Position numbers and translations under genes: made by a program
Origin: Candidatus Bathyarchaeota archaeon
GTDB taxonomy: Archaea > Thermoproteota > Bathyarchaeia > Bathyarchaeales > Bathycorpusculaceae
Direction of reading: 5' to 3'
Assembly (NCBI GenBank): GCA_963828195.1
Contig: CAWHDT010000005.1
Coordinates: forward strand, 768,001 to 832,000
DNA length: 64,000 bases
Part shown: positions 41,104 to 50,822 of the stretch, piece by piece
How positions within the stretch are numbered: position 1 is the stretch's first letter
How the letters are laid out: the number at the start of each line of letters is the position of its first letter
Notes under the pieces: model-generated
What the model was told of the DNA's origin: nothing
Databases searched by the model: none
The model's input: only the letters and a program-made list of their open reading frames with translations

Positions 41104-42723
41104 TTGGTATCTTTAACCTTGAAAAATGAAACTGCCCTGCGAGAAATCATCGAAACCCTTAAGGACACATCCCAGCCCACATGTGACGACGTTAATCGCC
41201 TGAAAATAAAAACCGCCGGCAAATATCAGCTTGAAGAGGTGCCTTCGAACGCTGATTTAATTAGCCTTTTAACTCCCAAAGAAGCAAAGCTTCTCTTGCC
41301 CATTTTGCGCAGAAAAACCACCCGCACTATCTCGGGTGTCACAGTGGTCGCGACCATGACTAAACCTTACCCGTGCCCCCAATCTGAACCGTGCGCTTAC
41401 TGTCCGGGCGGTCCAGCTTACGGTAGCCCACAAAGCTACACGGGACATGAACCTGCAGCCATGCGCGGAACCCAAAACAACTTCGACCCGTACATGCAGG
41501 TAAGAAGCCGCATCGACCAGCTCACGGCGATAGGGCATAAAGTAGACAAAATCGAGCTAATAATCATGGGCGGAACATTCCCAGCCACACCCCCAGAGTA
41601 CCAAACTTGGTTTATCCAACGCTGCCTCGATGCAATAACAGGCAAAACCTCGGGAAGTTTAGAAGAAGCCAAATCAAACGCGGAAACCAGCGCCGTGCAC
41701 AATGTCGGTATAACCGTGGAGACACGTCCAGACTGGGCTAAGCAACCGCACATAGACGCAATGCTGGATATGGGGGTAACGCGGATCGAACTTGGGGTCC
41801 AGAACCCTGATGACGAAATCTACCGTTTGGTGGGCAGAACCCACACCGTAGCCGACGTGCAAGAAGCAACACGTATCGCAAAGGATGCTGGACTCAAAAT
41901 TGTTTACCACTTAATGCCTGGAATGCCCGGGTCCAACTCACAAAAAGACCTTGCCGCCTTCAAACGGGTTTTCACTGACGAATCTTTCAAACCAGATATG
42001 ATAAAAATTTACCCATGTCTCTGCATTGCGGGTACAAAAGCGAATGAATGGTATCAAAACGGAACCTACAAACCCTACACAACGGAAGAAGCCAAGGCGC
42101 TTATTGCTGAAGTCAAAAAATTCATTCCGCCCTGGGTAAGAGTCATGCGTGTTCAACGGGACATCCCTGCAGGACTCATTTTGGCAGGTGTCAAAAAAAG
42201 TAATCTTCGTCAACTTGCCCAAGAGCAGCTTAAGGCGCAGGGCTTTAAATGCCAGTGCATTCGTTGCAGAGAAGCCGGGCATAGATTAGCGGTAGACCAT
42301 GTGAGGCCAAACGTAGAAAAAGTCACCGTTCAATCCTTCACTTATGACGCTTCTGAGGGCAAAGAAGTCTTCATTTCAGCAGAAGATAAGGAAAATAACA
42401 TCTTACTGGGCTACTTGAGGCTACGTGTTCCATCTCCGAAAGCTCACAGACCAGAAATCACGACTACTTCATCTGCCATTGTGCGGGAGCTTCACGTTTA
42501 CGGTCCTCTTGTGCCTGTCGGAAAACATTCTGCGGGAGCGTGGCAGCATAATGGTTTTGGCGCAGACCTGCTTAAGGAAGCCGAACACATCGCCCGCGAG
42601 GATTACGGGGTCAAAAAGCTTTTAGTTATCAGTGCGTTAGGAACAAGACGGTATTACATGCGTTTCGGCTACGAACGTGATGGAGTTTACGTGTCCAAAA
42701 AACTGGAGAATCTTCATGAGTGA
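41104..42723 (+). CDS. elp3: tRNA U34 carboxymethyltransferase Elp3 (radical SAM + GNAT)
   Basis: RTISGVTVVA, CAYCPGG, PQSYTGHEPA, ETRPD, KIYPC, RELHVYG. Confidence 0.96.
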   Translation: MVSLTLKNETALREIIETLKDTSQPTCDDVNRLKIKTAGKYQLEEVPSNADLISLLTPKEAKLLLPILRRKTTRTISGVTVVATMTKPYPCPQSEPCAYCPGGPAYGSPQSYTGHEPAAMRGTQNNFDPYMQVRSRIDQLTAIGHKVDKIELIIMGGTFPATPPEYQTWFIQRCLDAITGKTSGSLEEAKSNAETSAVHNVGITVETRPDWAKQPHIDAMLDMGVTRIELGVQNPDDEIYRLVGRTHTVADVQEATRIAKDAGLKIVYHLMPGMPGSNSQKDLAAFKRVFTDESFKPDMIKIYPCLCIAGTKANEWYQNGTYKPYTTEEAKALIAEVKKFIPPWVRVMRVQRDIPAGLILAGVKKSNLRQLAQEQLKAQGFKCQCIRCREAGHRLAVDHVRPNVEKVTVQSFTYDASEGKEVFISAEDKENNILLGYLRLRVPSPKAHRPEITTTSSAIVRELHVYGPLVPVGKHSAGAWQHNGFGADLLKEAEHIAREDYGVKKLLVISALGTRRYYMRFGYERDGVYVSKKLENLHE

Positions 42724-44074
42724 ACTTGAAAATTCAGGTTACAAAAGCCTGGCGTTGGAAGCCCTAAAAAAGGCAGACTGCAATATCGGCGACATAGTAA
42801 GAGTGAATAGCAAAGGAAAAACCTACGAAGGCATCCTTATACCTCGCTCGGAACTGGGCGAGGGCACTGCTGTTATAGTTAAAATGAAAAGTGGCTACAA
42901 CATCGGCATCCGCGTAACGCCAGAAGTTAAAATTGAAAAAATCGGGAAAGGAGCAAAACCTGCCTTCGCATCGCCACCTTTGCCAAAACAAAACCCCGCC
43001 TTGCCCCATGTCGTCATAATGAGCACGGGCGGAACAATCGCCAGCCGAGTTGACTACCGAACGGGAGCAGTCCGTTCGGCAATCTCTGCAAGCGACTTAT
43101 ACGGCGTTGTACCTGAACTTTCAGACATCGCCAAGGTTGACACTGAAATAGTTTTCAGCTTATACAGTGAAAACATCACTCAGAAACATTGGAAAGAGCT
43201 AGCTGAAACCGTCTCGAAACGCATTGAAGCGGGAGTGGACGGCGTTGTAATTGCGCACGGTACAGACACGATGGCTTACACTTCAGCCGCCCTAAGCTTC
43301 GCACTGCAAAACCTGCCTGTTCCCATCATAGTTGTCGGCGCTCAACGCTCCAGTGACCGCCCAAGCAGTGATGCAGCAACAAACCTTATCGGCGCAGTGA
43401 AAGCCGCTGGAGAAGCCCCATTCGCCGAGGTGGGTTTAGCTATGCACGAATCCGTTTCCGACATAGCCACAATTGTTCACCGCGGAACAAAAGTCCGAAA
43501 GTGCCATACCAGCCGAAGAGACACCTTCAAACCAGTAAACGGCTTCCCAATCGCCAAAGTAAAAGACCAACAAGTAACCATGCTGACAAAGCATTATCAG
43601 CGCAGGGATACAGCAAGAAAGTTGGTTCTGAAACCGAATTTTAGCGATAAAGTTGCGTTAATCAAGTTTTACCCCGGGCTTGACCCAGCAATCATCGACT
43701 GGTACGTCAGCAGAGGCGTAAAGGGCATTTTGCTTGAAGGCTCAGGTTTGGGTCATGTCAGCAAATTCTGCTTTGACGCCATAAAAAACGCGGTCGCAAA
43801 CGGCGTGGTGGTTGCTTTAGCTTCGCAGTGCATTTGGGGCAGGGTAAACATGAACGTGTACGACACGGGCAGAGACCTGTTATCTTTCGGCGTAATCCCA
43901 ACCGACGACATGTTCCCAGAAACAGCCCTTGTTAAACTCATGTGGGTCCTCGGGCAAACCGACAAACCGCAAGAAGCCGCCGCGCTTCTGAAAATCAACA
44001 TTGCTGGAGAATTCTCGCCCAGAACGCTTCCCCAAGATGACATCTTTGTAGGAGGAGAAAAAAGTGGCAATTGA
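42716..44074 (+). CDS. gatD: Glu-tRNA(Gln) amidotransferase subunit D
   Basis: KMKSGYNIG, STGGTIASRVDYRTGAV, HGTDTM, GAQRSSDRPSSD. Confidence 0.97.
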   Translation: MSELENSGYKSLALEALKKADCNIGDIVRVNSKGKTYEGILIPRSELGEGTAVIVKMKSGYNIGIRVTPEVKIEKIGKGAKPAFASPPLPKQNPALPHVVIMSTGGTIASRVDYRTGAVRSAISASDLYGVVPELSDIAKVDTEIVFSLYSENITQKHWKELAETVSKRIEAGVDGVVIAHGTDTMAYTSAALSFALQNLPVPIIVVGAQRSSDRPSSDAATNLIGAVKAAGEAPFAEVGLAMHESVSDIATIVHRGTKVRKCHTSRRDTFKPVNGFPIAKVKDQQVTMLTKHYQRRDTARKLVLKPNFSDKVALIKFYPGLDPAIIDWYVSRGVKGILLEGSGLGHVSKFCFDAIKNAVANGVVVALASQCIWGRVNMNVYDTGRDLLSFGVIPTDDMFPETALVKLMWVLGQTDKPQEAAALLKINIAGEFSPRTLPQDDIFVGGEKSGN

Positions 44075-45959
44075 CTACGCTAAAGTAGGCTTGAAAGTTG
44101 GCTTGGAAATCCACCAGCAACTAAATGTCGGCTCAAAACTTTTCTGCAGTTGCCCCCCTGAACTATTCAAAGAAGAACCCGAAATCACGTTTCTGCGTCA
44201 ACTGCGACCAACCCAGAGTGAATTGGGGCAAGTTGACCCAGCAGCGTATTTTGAGTTTCAGAAAGGCGTGAGAATTCTCTACGAAGCCAACAAAACCAGC
44301 TCATGCCTCGTCGAGATGGATGAAGAACCGCCGCACCCCATAAACGTCGATGCTGTCGAGGTGGTTTTAACCGCTTCTTTGATGATGAATATGCAGCCTG
44401 TAGATGAAGTTCACGTTATGCGCAAAACCGTCATAGATGGCTCAAACACCACTGGTTTTCAGCGCACATGCATCATCGCGCTGGACGGCTGGATTAAAAT
44501 TGGAGAAAAAACCATTCCGATGCAGGCCGCAAGCCTCGAGGAGGATGCGGCGCGCAAAACTGGGACGCAAGACGAGGGAAAAACCATCCGTTACCGCATC
44601 GACCGCCTCGGAATACCTCTGATTGAGGTTGCAACCGCGCCGGTAATCTACTCGCCGATGGAAGCGCAGGAAGTCGCCTTTGCTATAGGGAGGATTTTGC
44701 GGGACACTGGCAAAGTGATGCGTGGGTTAGGCACGATTCGGCAAGACTTGAATGTGTCTTTGCCAAACGGCGCCTTAATCGAGATTAAGGGTGTTCAGGA
44801 GCTTGAGTTAATCTCAAAGGTGGTGGAGTATGAGGTTCAACGCCAGCTTGGGCTTATAGAGGTAAAAGAGGAGCTTTTGAGGCGCGGCGTCAAAGTTGAA
44901 CAGCTAAAACAAGAATTCGTCGATGTCTCAAGCATCTTTAAGGAAACCAAATCGAAAGTAATCAGAAAAGCGGTAGATAAAAACCAGAAAGTCCTAGCTA
45001 TTAAACTGCCTAATTTTGCCGGGCTGTTGAAACGCGAGCTTATGCCTGACTTCCGCGTTGGAACCGAGCTTTCGGACAGGGCTAAGTTCTGGGGCAGAGT
45101 CGGCGGAATATTCCACACTGACGAAATGCCCAACTACGGTATCACACCCGAAGAAGTAAACGCATTACGAAAAGCGGTAAATGCAGGTGATTCTGACGCG
45201 GTGGTTTTCGTTGCTGACACGGCAGAAAACGTTTCAGATGCATTAAAAGCCGTTGCTGAACGTGCACAAGAACTATTGACGTGCGTTCCCGCTGAAACGC
45301 GGACGGCAAAAGATGATGGGACAACACGTTATATGCGACCTCGACCTGGAGCCGCGAGAATGTACCCAGAAACCGACATACCGCCCCAGCTAATAACGGA
45401 AGAATTAGTTGAGAAAGTGCGTTGCAACTTGCCTGAACCAGCGGAAAAGAAAATCGCTCGGTTGATAAAGCAGTACGGTTTAAACGAGAAATTAGCTAAG
45501 CAACTCTCCGACTCAGAATACAACTTTCTCTTCGAAGAAGCAGCAAAGCAAACTGGAGTTCAAGCCTCAACCATAGCGGCATTTCTGACTGAAACCCTGA
45601 AAGCCCTAAAACGCGAAGGCGTACAAATTGACAACGTTAGCGAAGACCAAATCAGAAACATCTTCAAAGCTGTCGGCTCAGGAGACCTTGTCAAAGAAGC
45701 TATAGCAGACGTTTTCAGTTGGCTCTCCAAAAACGAGACCAAAACTGTGGCGGATGCAGTAGCTGCTTTGGGCTTGCAAATGTTCACTGAAGCAGACTTA
45801 GCGCCAATTGTGGACCGCATTATTGCATCTAACCAGCAGACTGTTGACAAGCTCGGCAAAAGCGCTTATGGAATGCTTATGGGCGCGGCAATGAAGGAAG
45901 TCCGTGGAAAAGCCAATCCAGAACTGGTAGCTAAACTTCTACGCGAACGGCTCAAGTGA
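44064..45959 (+). CDS. gatE: Glu-tRNA(Gln) amidotransferase subunit E
   Basis: GLKVGLEIHQQL, DGSNTTGFQRT, DRLGIPLIE, RGLGTIRQD, PRPGAARMYPETD. Confidence 0.97.
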   Translation: MAIDYAKVGLKVGLEIHQQLNVGSKLFCSCPPELFKEEPEITFLRQLRPTQSELGQVDPAAYFEFQKGVRILYEANKTSSCLVEMDEEPPHPINVDAVEVVLTASLMMNMQPVDEVHVMRKTVIDGSNTTGFQRTCIIALDGWIKIGEKTIPMQAASLEEDAARKTGTQDEGKTIRYRIDRLGIPLIEVATAPVIYSPMEAQEVAFAIGRILRDTGKVMRGLGTIRQDLNVSLPNGALIEIKGVQELELISKVVEYEVQRQLGLIEVKEELLRRGVKVEQLKQEFVDVSSIFKETKSKVIRKAVDKNQKVLAIKLPNFAGLLKRELMPDFRVGTELSDRAKFWGRVGGIFHTDEMPNYGITPEEVNALRKAVNAGDSDAVVFVADTAENVSDALKAVAERAQELLTCVPAETRTAKDDGTTRYMRPRPGAARMYPETDIPPQLITEELVEKVRCNLPEPAEKKIARLIKQYGLNEKLAKQLSDSEYNFLFEEAAKQTGVQASTIAAFLTETLKALKREGVQIDNVSEDQIRNIFKAVGSGDLVKEAIADVFSWLSKNETKTVADAVAALGLQMFTEADLAPIVDRIIASNQQTVDKLGKSAYGMLMGAAMKEVRGKANPELVAKLLRERLK

Positions 45960-46027
45960 AAAAGACCATTCTTACGGGGCAATGGAAAAAAATAAGGTGT
46001 ATCGTACTAATTTAAGGAGACACAAAA

Positions 46028-46270
46028 ATGGAATCAACTATTGAACTTCTTTCTAATATTGAAGGAAACGCCAAGTGGATTAGCGATAACTATGAAGCAT
46101 TAAAAAAACAGCGTAACAATGAATGGGTTGCAGTTTTAGACAAGAGCGTTATAGATTATGATAGGAATTTTAGCAAACTTGTTAAACGGCTCAGAACCCG
46201 ATTTTCCGAAAGATATAATGAAATAGCTTTAGAATACGTTACAAGCGAAGAATTGAATCTTATCCTTTAG
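46028..46270 (+). CDS. DUF5678-like small protein
   Basis: W.SDNYEALKK...EWVAVLDKSVID pattern; directly upstream of an aspartic protease. Confidence 0.65.
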   Translation: MESTIELLSNIEGNAKWISDNYEALKKQRNNEWVAVLDKSVIDYDRNFSKLVKRLRTRFSERYNEIALEYVTSEELNLIL

Positions 46271-46285
46271 AGGAGGCTGCATGTT

Positions 46286-46726
46286 TTGAGAATTCCTTTC
46301 CGCTTTAAGGAAGGAGCGCTTGAAGCAGCTTACGTTTACGCAGTACTTGATTCTGAGCCTCTTCACATTTACGCCTCTGTTGAATTCCTGCTGGATACAG
46401 GTGCCGTTAAAACTATTGTCAGCGACAGAGATGCTAACAAGCTTGGGATAGATTACCAAATGCTTGAAAAACTTGATTGCGGCATGCTCGGTATAGGTGG
46501 AACAGTTGACACGTATGTCCTGAAGGGTTCAAAGCTAATTTTTAATACAGCAGACAATAAAGCACATGTCGAACGATTAGATCAAGTGTGTTTCCTTAAG
46601 CATTCAGAAATAAATGAAAGAATTTTAAGAATCCCCAGCGTTTTAGGGCGCGATGTGCTCAACAAATACCTGCTGAAATATGACAAAAGACAAGGAAAAG
46701 TGTATTTAACTGATGAAGGTCTTTAA
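46286..46726 (+). CDS. Retropepsin-like (clan AA) aspartic protease
   Basis: FLLDTGA, GIGG, SVLGRDVL; SD AGGAGG upstream. Confidence 0.85.
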   Translation: MRIPFRFKEGALEAAYVYAVLDSEPLHIYASVEFLLDTGAVKTIVSDRDANKLGIDYQMLEKLDCGMLGIGGTVDTYVLKGSKLIFNTADNKAHVERLDQVCFLKHSEINERILRIPSVLGRDVLNKYLLKYDKRQGKVYLTDEGL

Positions 46727-46891
46727 GCAATAAAGAATATTAAATGTTTACAAACGTCTTTTAATTAATCACCCATGAATTTTACAACCACGGAATCGGT
46801 TTTTCAAATTTTTTCCATGCACAAATGGCGTTTCGCCGCAAATCCTAAAAAGGCTAAGCAATGCTTATAGCAAGTAAGTGGAAGAGTTAAA

Positions 46892-47362
46892 ATGAAGCGT
46901 ATTGAAGCACGTATAAAAACTCCTTTCGGGGAAGTTGTTATTGAAGGGGAGAATCCTCAAGATATCTTGGATATGTTGGGGGTTATTCCTGAAAACTTTG
47001 TTGAGAAGCTGTCTGATTTTGTTTCAAACAAGCTTACGCCGTCGGGAGCACAGTTGAAAGGCATAGTTGAACCCACAACGGAGGGACCCGTCATCGTCAC
47101 CCGAGAAAACCTAACCCATTACGAAGCAGTCGGCTTGGTTCTTTATGCGTCTCAAGACCGAAAAAACACTGCCGCGCAGATTCAGAAGCTTTTGGAGTCC
47201 AGCGGAATAAAAAGCATGGTTCCGGCTCGGCTCAATGAGATGACGAAGCGGGGACAAATATTCAAACCCGACCCAAATAAACCTGAGTTTAAGCTTACCA
47301 TCCAAGGCGAGAAATGGGTTGAAGAAGAGGTTCTCAAGAAGCTCAGAGGCAAAATGAGTTGA
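46892..47362 (+). CDS. Hypothetical protein with probable C-terminal winged helix
   Basis: ARLNEMTKRGQIFK...FKLTIQG; paralog of the next gene. Confidence 0.7.
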   Translation: MKRIEARIKTPFGEVVIEGENPQDILDMLGVIPENFVEKLSDFVSNKLTPSGAQLKGIVEPTTEGPVIVTRENLTHYEAVGLVLYASQDRKNTAAQIQKLLESSGIKSMVPARLNEMTKRGQIFKPDPNKPEFKLTIQGEKWVEEEVLKKLRGKMS

Positions 47363-47868
47363 GCCAAAAACCAGAAAAAATCCAAGTTCAAATCAAATAC
47401 AAGGATGTTGAGCAGCAGTTTTCCGCTGACCCTCAAGACGCTTGGCTCATGGTAAACCAGTTTTTTAAAGATTTCATTCCCTCCTTCGAAATAGCCCAGA
47501 AACTTTGGCTCAGCATCGACCTCAAGCAGCTCGCCAAAGACTTAGAAGGCATTGTGGCTTTTTCAAGCGAAGGCGCAAGCATGTTGGCGCCTAAGAACAA
47601 GTTAACGGATAATGAAGCTTTGTTGATTTGGCTTGCAGCGCAGTACCTTGGGAACAAAATAGGAACACTCAGCAGCGACTCGCAATCAAAAGATGAGCTG
47701 CAGGTTAAGCTTGGGAAAAGCGGCAAAATCACCAGCACACGCCTGGGCGAACTGGCAAAAAACGGCGTGGTGCAAAAGACCGCTGACGACAGTTTCAGGG
47801 TAACAACTTACGGGGTTAAGCAGGCGCAGAAAGAAGTTATTCCAAAAATCAAACAAAAAATGATTTGA
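47359..47868 (+). CDS. Hypothetical protein with probable C-terminal winged helix
   Basis: TRLGELAKNGVVQK...FRVTTYG; 4-nt overlap with the previous gene. Confidence 0.7.
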   Translation: MSQKPEKIQVQIKYKDVEQQFSADPQDAWLMVNQFFKDFIPSFEIAQKLWLSIDLKQLAKDLEGIVAFSSEGASMLAPKNKLTDNEALLIWLAAQYLGNKIGTLSSDSQSKDELQVKLGKSGKITSTRLGELAKNGVVQKTADDSFRVTTYGVKQAQKEVIPKIKQKMI

Positions 47869-47930
47869 TTCGAGATAAGTCGCTAATACTGCTAAAAATT
47901 TGTTGTTCCCGCCCTATAGGGTTGCTTTCC

Positions 47931-48040
47931 AAGCCCTATACCAGAAAAGCAGCCTGAAATAAACCCTGAACCACACCGACCTATAGACCTACATAGTATT
48001 TGTGCCAAAAAACAACCCCAAAAAGAAATAGGAACAAAGA
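47931..48040 (+). repeat. Dispersed intergenic repeat, copy A
   Basis: 47932-47970 matches the reverse complement of 52490-52528 at 34/39 nt; similarity continues with TAGTATTT...CCAAAAAACAAC. Confidence 0.75.
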
Positions 48041-48131
48041 AGAAGAAGAAAAATTGTTTTCACCAGCTTCTTCTTCTTTTGAATAAATATGCCGAGAAGA
48101 ACAACAGTTGTTTTTTGGGTGTTGTTGTTCT
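48036..48131. repeat. Two adjacent hairpins
   Basis: 13-bp stem AAAGAAGAAGAAG/CTTCTTCTTCTTT (48036-48079) and 9-bp stem AGAACAACA/TGTTGTTCT (48098-48131); a similar unit lies at 27243-27293. Confidence 0.55.
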
Positions 48132-48289
48132 TTCAAAAATGAAAAATAGCGCCAGAAACCACCCACAAAAAAGAGAAATCTTAAAACTCTGTTATAAATT
48201 CATCCAAAAAAAACCTTAAATTTTGGGTAATCTGGGAAGCAAAAACGTATATTACTTGCGAGCCGCACATTTTTTATTGAGGTTAACTC

Positions 48290-48541
48290 ATGAATTTTGC
48301 CACGTTTTTGCCCATAATATTTTCTGTTCTAAGCAGCTTGGGGCTTAGCGCAATCAGCATTCCACTTCTCATCGTTCTGGTCATAATTGGCTTGATAATA
48401 ATAATTCTGATAAAACTTTTTCTAATTCTGATTCCCGCAATCATCATCGCCGCCCTCGTGTATGTCTTTACTGGAGACCTTTTTTGGACAGGTATCGCCT
48501 TTGTGGTAGTGGCTCTTTTATCGATATTATCCAAAATCTAA
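48290..48541 (+). CDS. Small hydrophobic membrane protein
   Basis: SD-like TGAGG upstream; almost entirely hydrophobic 83 aa. Confidence 0.7.
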   Translation: MNFATFLPIIFSVLSSLGLSAISIPLLIVLVIIGLIIIILIKLFLILIPAIIIAALVYVFTGDLFWTGIAFVVVALLSILSKI

Positions 48542-48726
48542 GCAACCCTATGCATTATTTCTTTTCTTTTTTATTCTTAGTTGACGATGAATTTCTCATA
48601 CTTGTTCTAGTAAAAAAGCAATAAAGAAGATCAGTTATTTCCCAGCGCAGAGGATGTTTCATAACGCTTTTATATTGGGTCATAGGTTCATGGATAATAC
48701 AAACACTATACTAGGAGACGGTAATT

Positions 48727-48972
48727 ATGATGATGGAACCAAGTAAAAAACCGCTTAACGTTCTCATAAAGCAGTTGCATGGAAACATTGAAGTCATTCT
48801 TAAAAACGGTTATGATTATAAGGGAAAAATGATAAAATGCGATGGTCACATGAATATTCTTCTTGAAGGCGCAACTGAATCTAAAGATGAACAGTTAATG
48901 ACGAACTACGGCAACGTTCTGCTTCGCGGAAACAATGTCCTCTACATTGTACTGGACGCCGATAAGCATTAA
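48727..48972 (+). CDS. Sm/LSm-like archaeal protein (SmAP)
   Basis: KPLNVL, Sm1 VILKNG..YKGKM..CDGHMNILL, Sm2 YGNVLLRGNNVLYI. Confidence 0.92.
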   Translation: MMMEPSKKPLNVLIKQLHGNIEVILKNGYDYKGKMIKCDGHMNILLEGATESKDEQLMTNYGNVLLRGNNVLYIVLDADKH

Positions 48973-49868
48973 ATAGCTAAACTTCTGGTTTTCCCAGTCA
49001 CGTAATCGTAGGCTTCTTCAATCGCTACTTTTACGTTAAATTTGCGGTTGAAAAAAACAAGTACGTTTTTGAGGTCTCGCTTAAGCAGTTCCTCCGCATT
49101 TGCATGATCAGTCGTAACGTATTGCGGCCAGTCAATAATGAGGATGTGCCCGTCAGGTTTCAGGATAATGTTGTATTCGCTGAGGTCTGCGTGAATAACA
49201 TGTGCTTTCAAATACGCTTTCCTGACGTTGCGCATTATTTCTTTTAATATTTTTTCTGGTTTTTGGATCTCTTTATACTTGGATAATTCGGCTCCTTCGA
49301 TCATTCCCATGGCAATAACATGTCTGTTTTGGCTTATGGGCTCTGGCACTGAAACACCGTTTTTATAGACAAGCTGCATCGCTTGGAACTCTTTTTCTGC
49401 GGATACGTGTGATTGGAAAAGCCATGTTGAATGCTCGCGTACGTAGCCTCTTTTTCTTCTTGTCTGCCTAAAGCTTATTCTACCCAGTCTATGAAATTTC
49501 ACTGCTATACGGTTACCGCCTGAGCTTAATGCGTCAAAAACATCTGCTTCTTTTCCAACGCCTAAACTTTGCCCAAACGAGTCAATTACGCCTGCCTTGA
49601 CCAGAGTATTTATCGCGAGGGAATCGTAGCCAGCCTGGTTTAAAGTGTAGCCCCTGTAAGCGCCTTTTGTTCGATAAATTAGTCCCAACTTGCTTAGTCT
49701 GCCCAAGGTAAATTCGATGCGGTCCATCGGCAGTTTAGCGTATTTTTGGATCTGCTCTATGGGGACATATTCGCGTTTGCTCATTGCAGATTCGATGATA
49801 TTTAGTATTCTGAAGTCTTCACTTTCAAGTTGTCGGAATACTTTGACGGCTACTTCAGCGCTTGACAT
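48969..49868 (-). CDS. rio2: RIO2 serine/threonine kinase
   Basis: N-terminal wHTH, GVGKEADV, AVKFHRLGRISF, IHADLSEYNI, IIDWPQ. Confidence 0.93.
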   Translation of the reverse strand: MSSAEVAVKVFRQLESEDFRILNIIESAMSKREYVPIEQIQKYAKLPMDRIEFTLGRLSKLGLIYRTKGAYRGYTLNQAGYDSLAINTLVKAGVIDSFGQSLGVGKEADVFDALSSGGNRIAVKFHRLGRISFRQTRRKRGYVREHSTWLFQSHVSAEKEFQAMQLVYKNGVSVPEPISQNRHVIAMGMIEGAELSKYKEIQKPEKILKEIMRNVRKAYLKAHVIHADLSEYNIILKPDGHILIIDWPQYVTTDHANAEELLKRDLKNVLVFFNRKFNVKVAIEEAYDYVTGKTRSLAI

Positions 49869-50032
49869 TGAACTATTAATGGGTGCTTTTCACTATAAAG
49901 AATATGTTTTTCGAAGTATTAACAGGGGTTTTTGAGTTGAATTTATATGGGTGTATTTGCAAGAATGGTTAAATAAGCCAAAACATCCCATAATTAAGTA
50001 AACAGGTCTAACGTAATATTTGGTTTTGAACC

Positions 50033-50755
50033 ATGGCTGTAGATCAAGAAAATATTTCCAAGATACTTTCGATCCTTTCGCACCCTTTGCGAAGAGAAAT
50101 ACTGCTAAACCTAAGCGAAAAAGGCGAGTCTTCTTTCACTGACCTGCTGAATTTGCTGAAGGTTGATACTGGAAAATTAAGCTTCCACCTTCGCGCCCTA
50201 GCCGCTTTCATAGAGCAAACGCCTACCGGCAAGTACAAGCTAAGCAGAGCTGGAGAAAACGCGGTCAGAGTAATACGTGATGTTGAAGGATGGGCGGAAG
50301 TTTCGGATGTTCAAAGAAAAGAAAGCCAACTTCCTATTGCGTCTTTCAAAAAACGGGTTTTTGCTTTTCTAATAGATTTTGCAATAATCTTAGCGATCAC
50401 GGTAACGATTATTTTTCTGCCTCAGGTTCTTTCTTTGTCCCCCGCAACTTTCCTAAACGGGGGAATCAGCGTCGTGCTTTTCACCACTATTGGTCTACTT
50501 TGGCTTTACTCCACTCTTCTTGAAGGGTTTAATGGTCAAAGCATAGGAAAACGCGTAACAGGATTAAAAGTTGTTAGAACTGACGGTAAGAAAATGTCTT
50601 ATGACCACGCCGCGATAAGGAACTTCGGGAAAATTTTGCCCTTGCTACCGTTTGACCTGCTCTTTGGCTGGTTGCTCAAGAACCCCACGTTTATGAGGTA
50701 CTTTGACAAGTTTGCGGGCACAACCGTTATCGACTTGCGCGTTCATTTCTCATAG
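50033..50755 (+). CDS. ArsR-type HTH fused to RDD membrane domain
   Basis: LSHPLRREIL...GKLSFHLRAL; RDD motifs KRVFAFLID, GQSIGKRV.GLKVV, DKFAGTTVI. Confidence 0.85.
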   Translation: MAVDQENISKILSILSHPLRREILLNLSEKGESSFTDLLNLLKVDTGKLSFHLRALAAFIEQTPTGKYKLSRAGENAVRVIRDVEGWAEVSDVQRKESQLPIASFKKRVFAFLIDFAIILAITVTIIFLPQVLSLSPATFLNGGISVVLFTTIGLLWLYSTLLEGFNGQSIGKRVTGLKVVRTDGKKMSYDHAAIRNFGKILPLLPFDLLFGWLLKNPTFMRYFDKFAGTTVIDLRVHFS

Positions 50756-50822
50756 TGTTCTTTTTTCGTTTTGACGTAAAATCTTATTTGTTGCAGACGC
50801 CATTAGACTCTTGTGAATTCAC

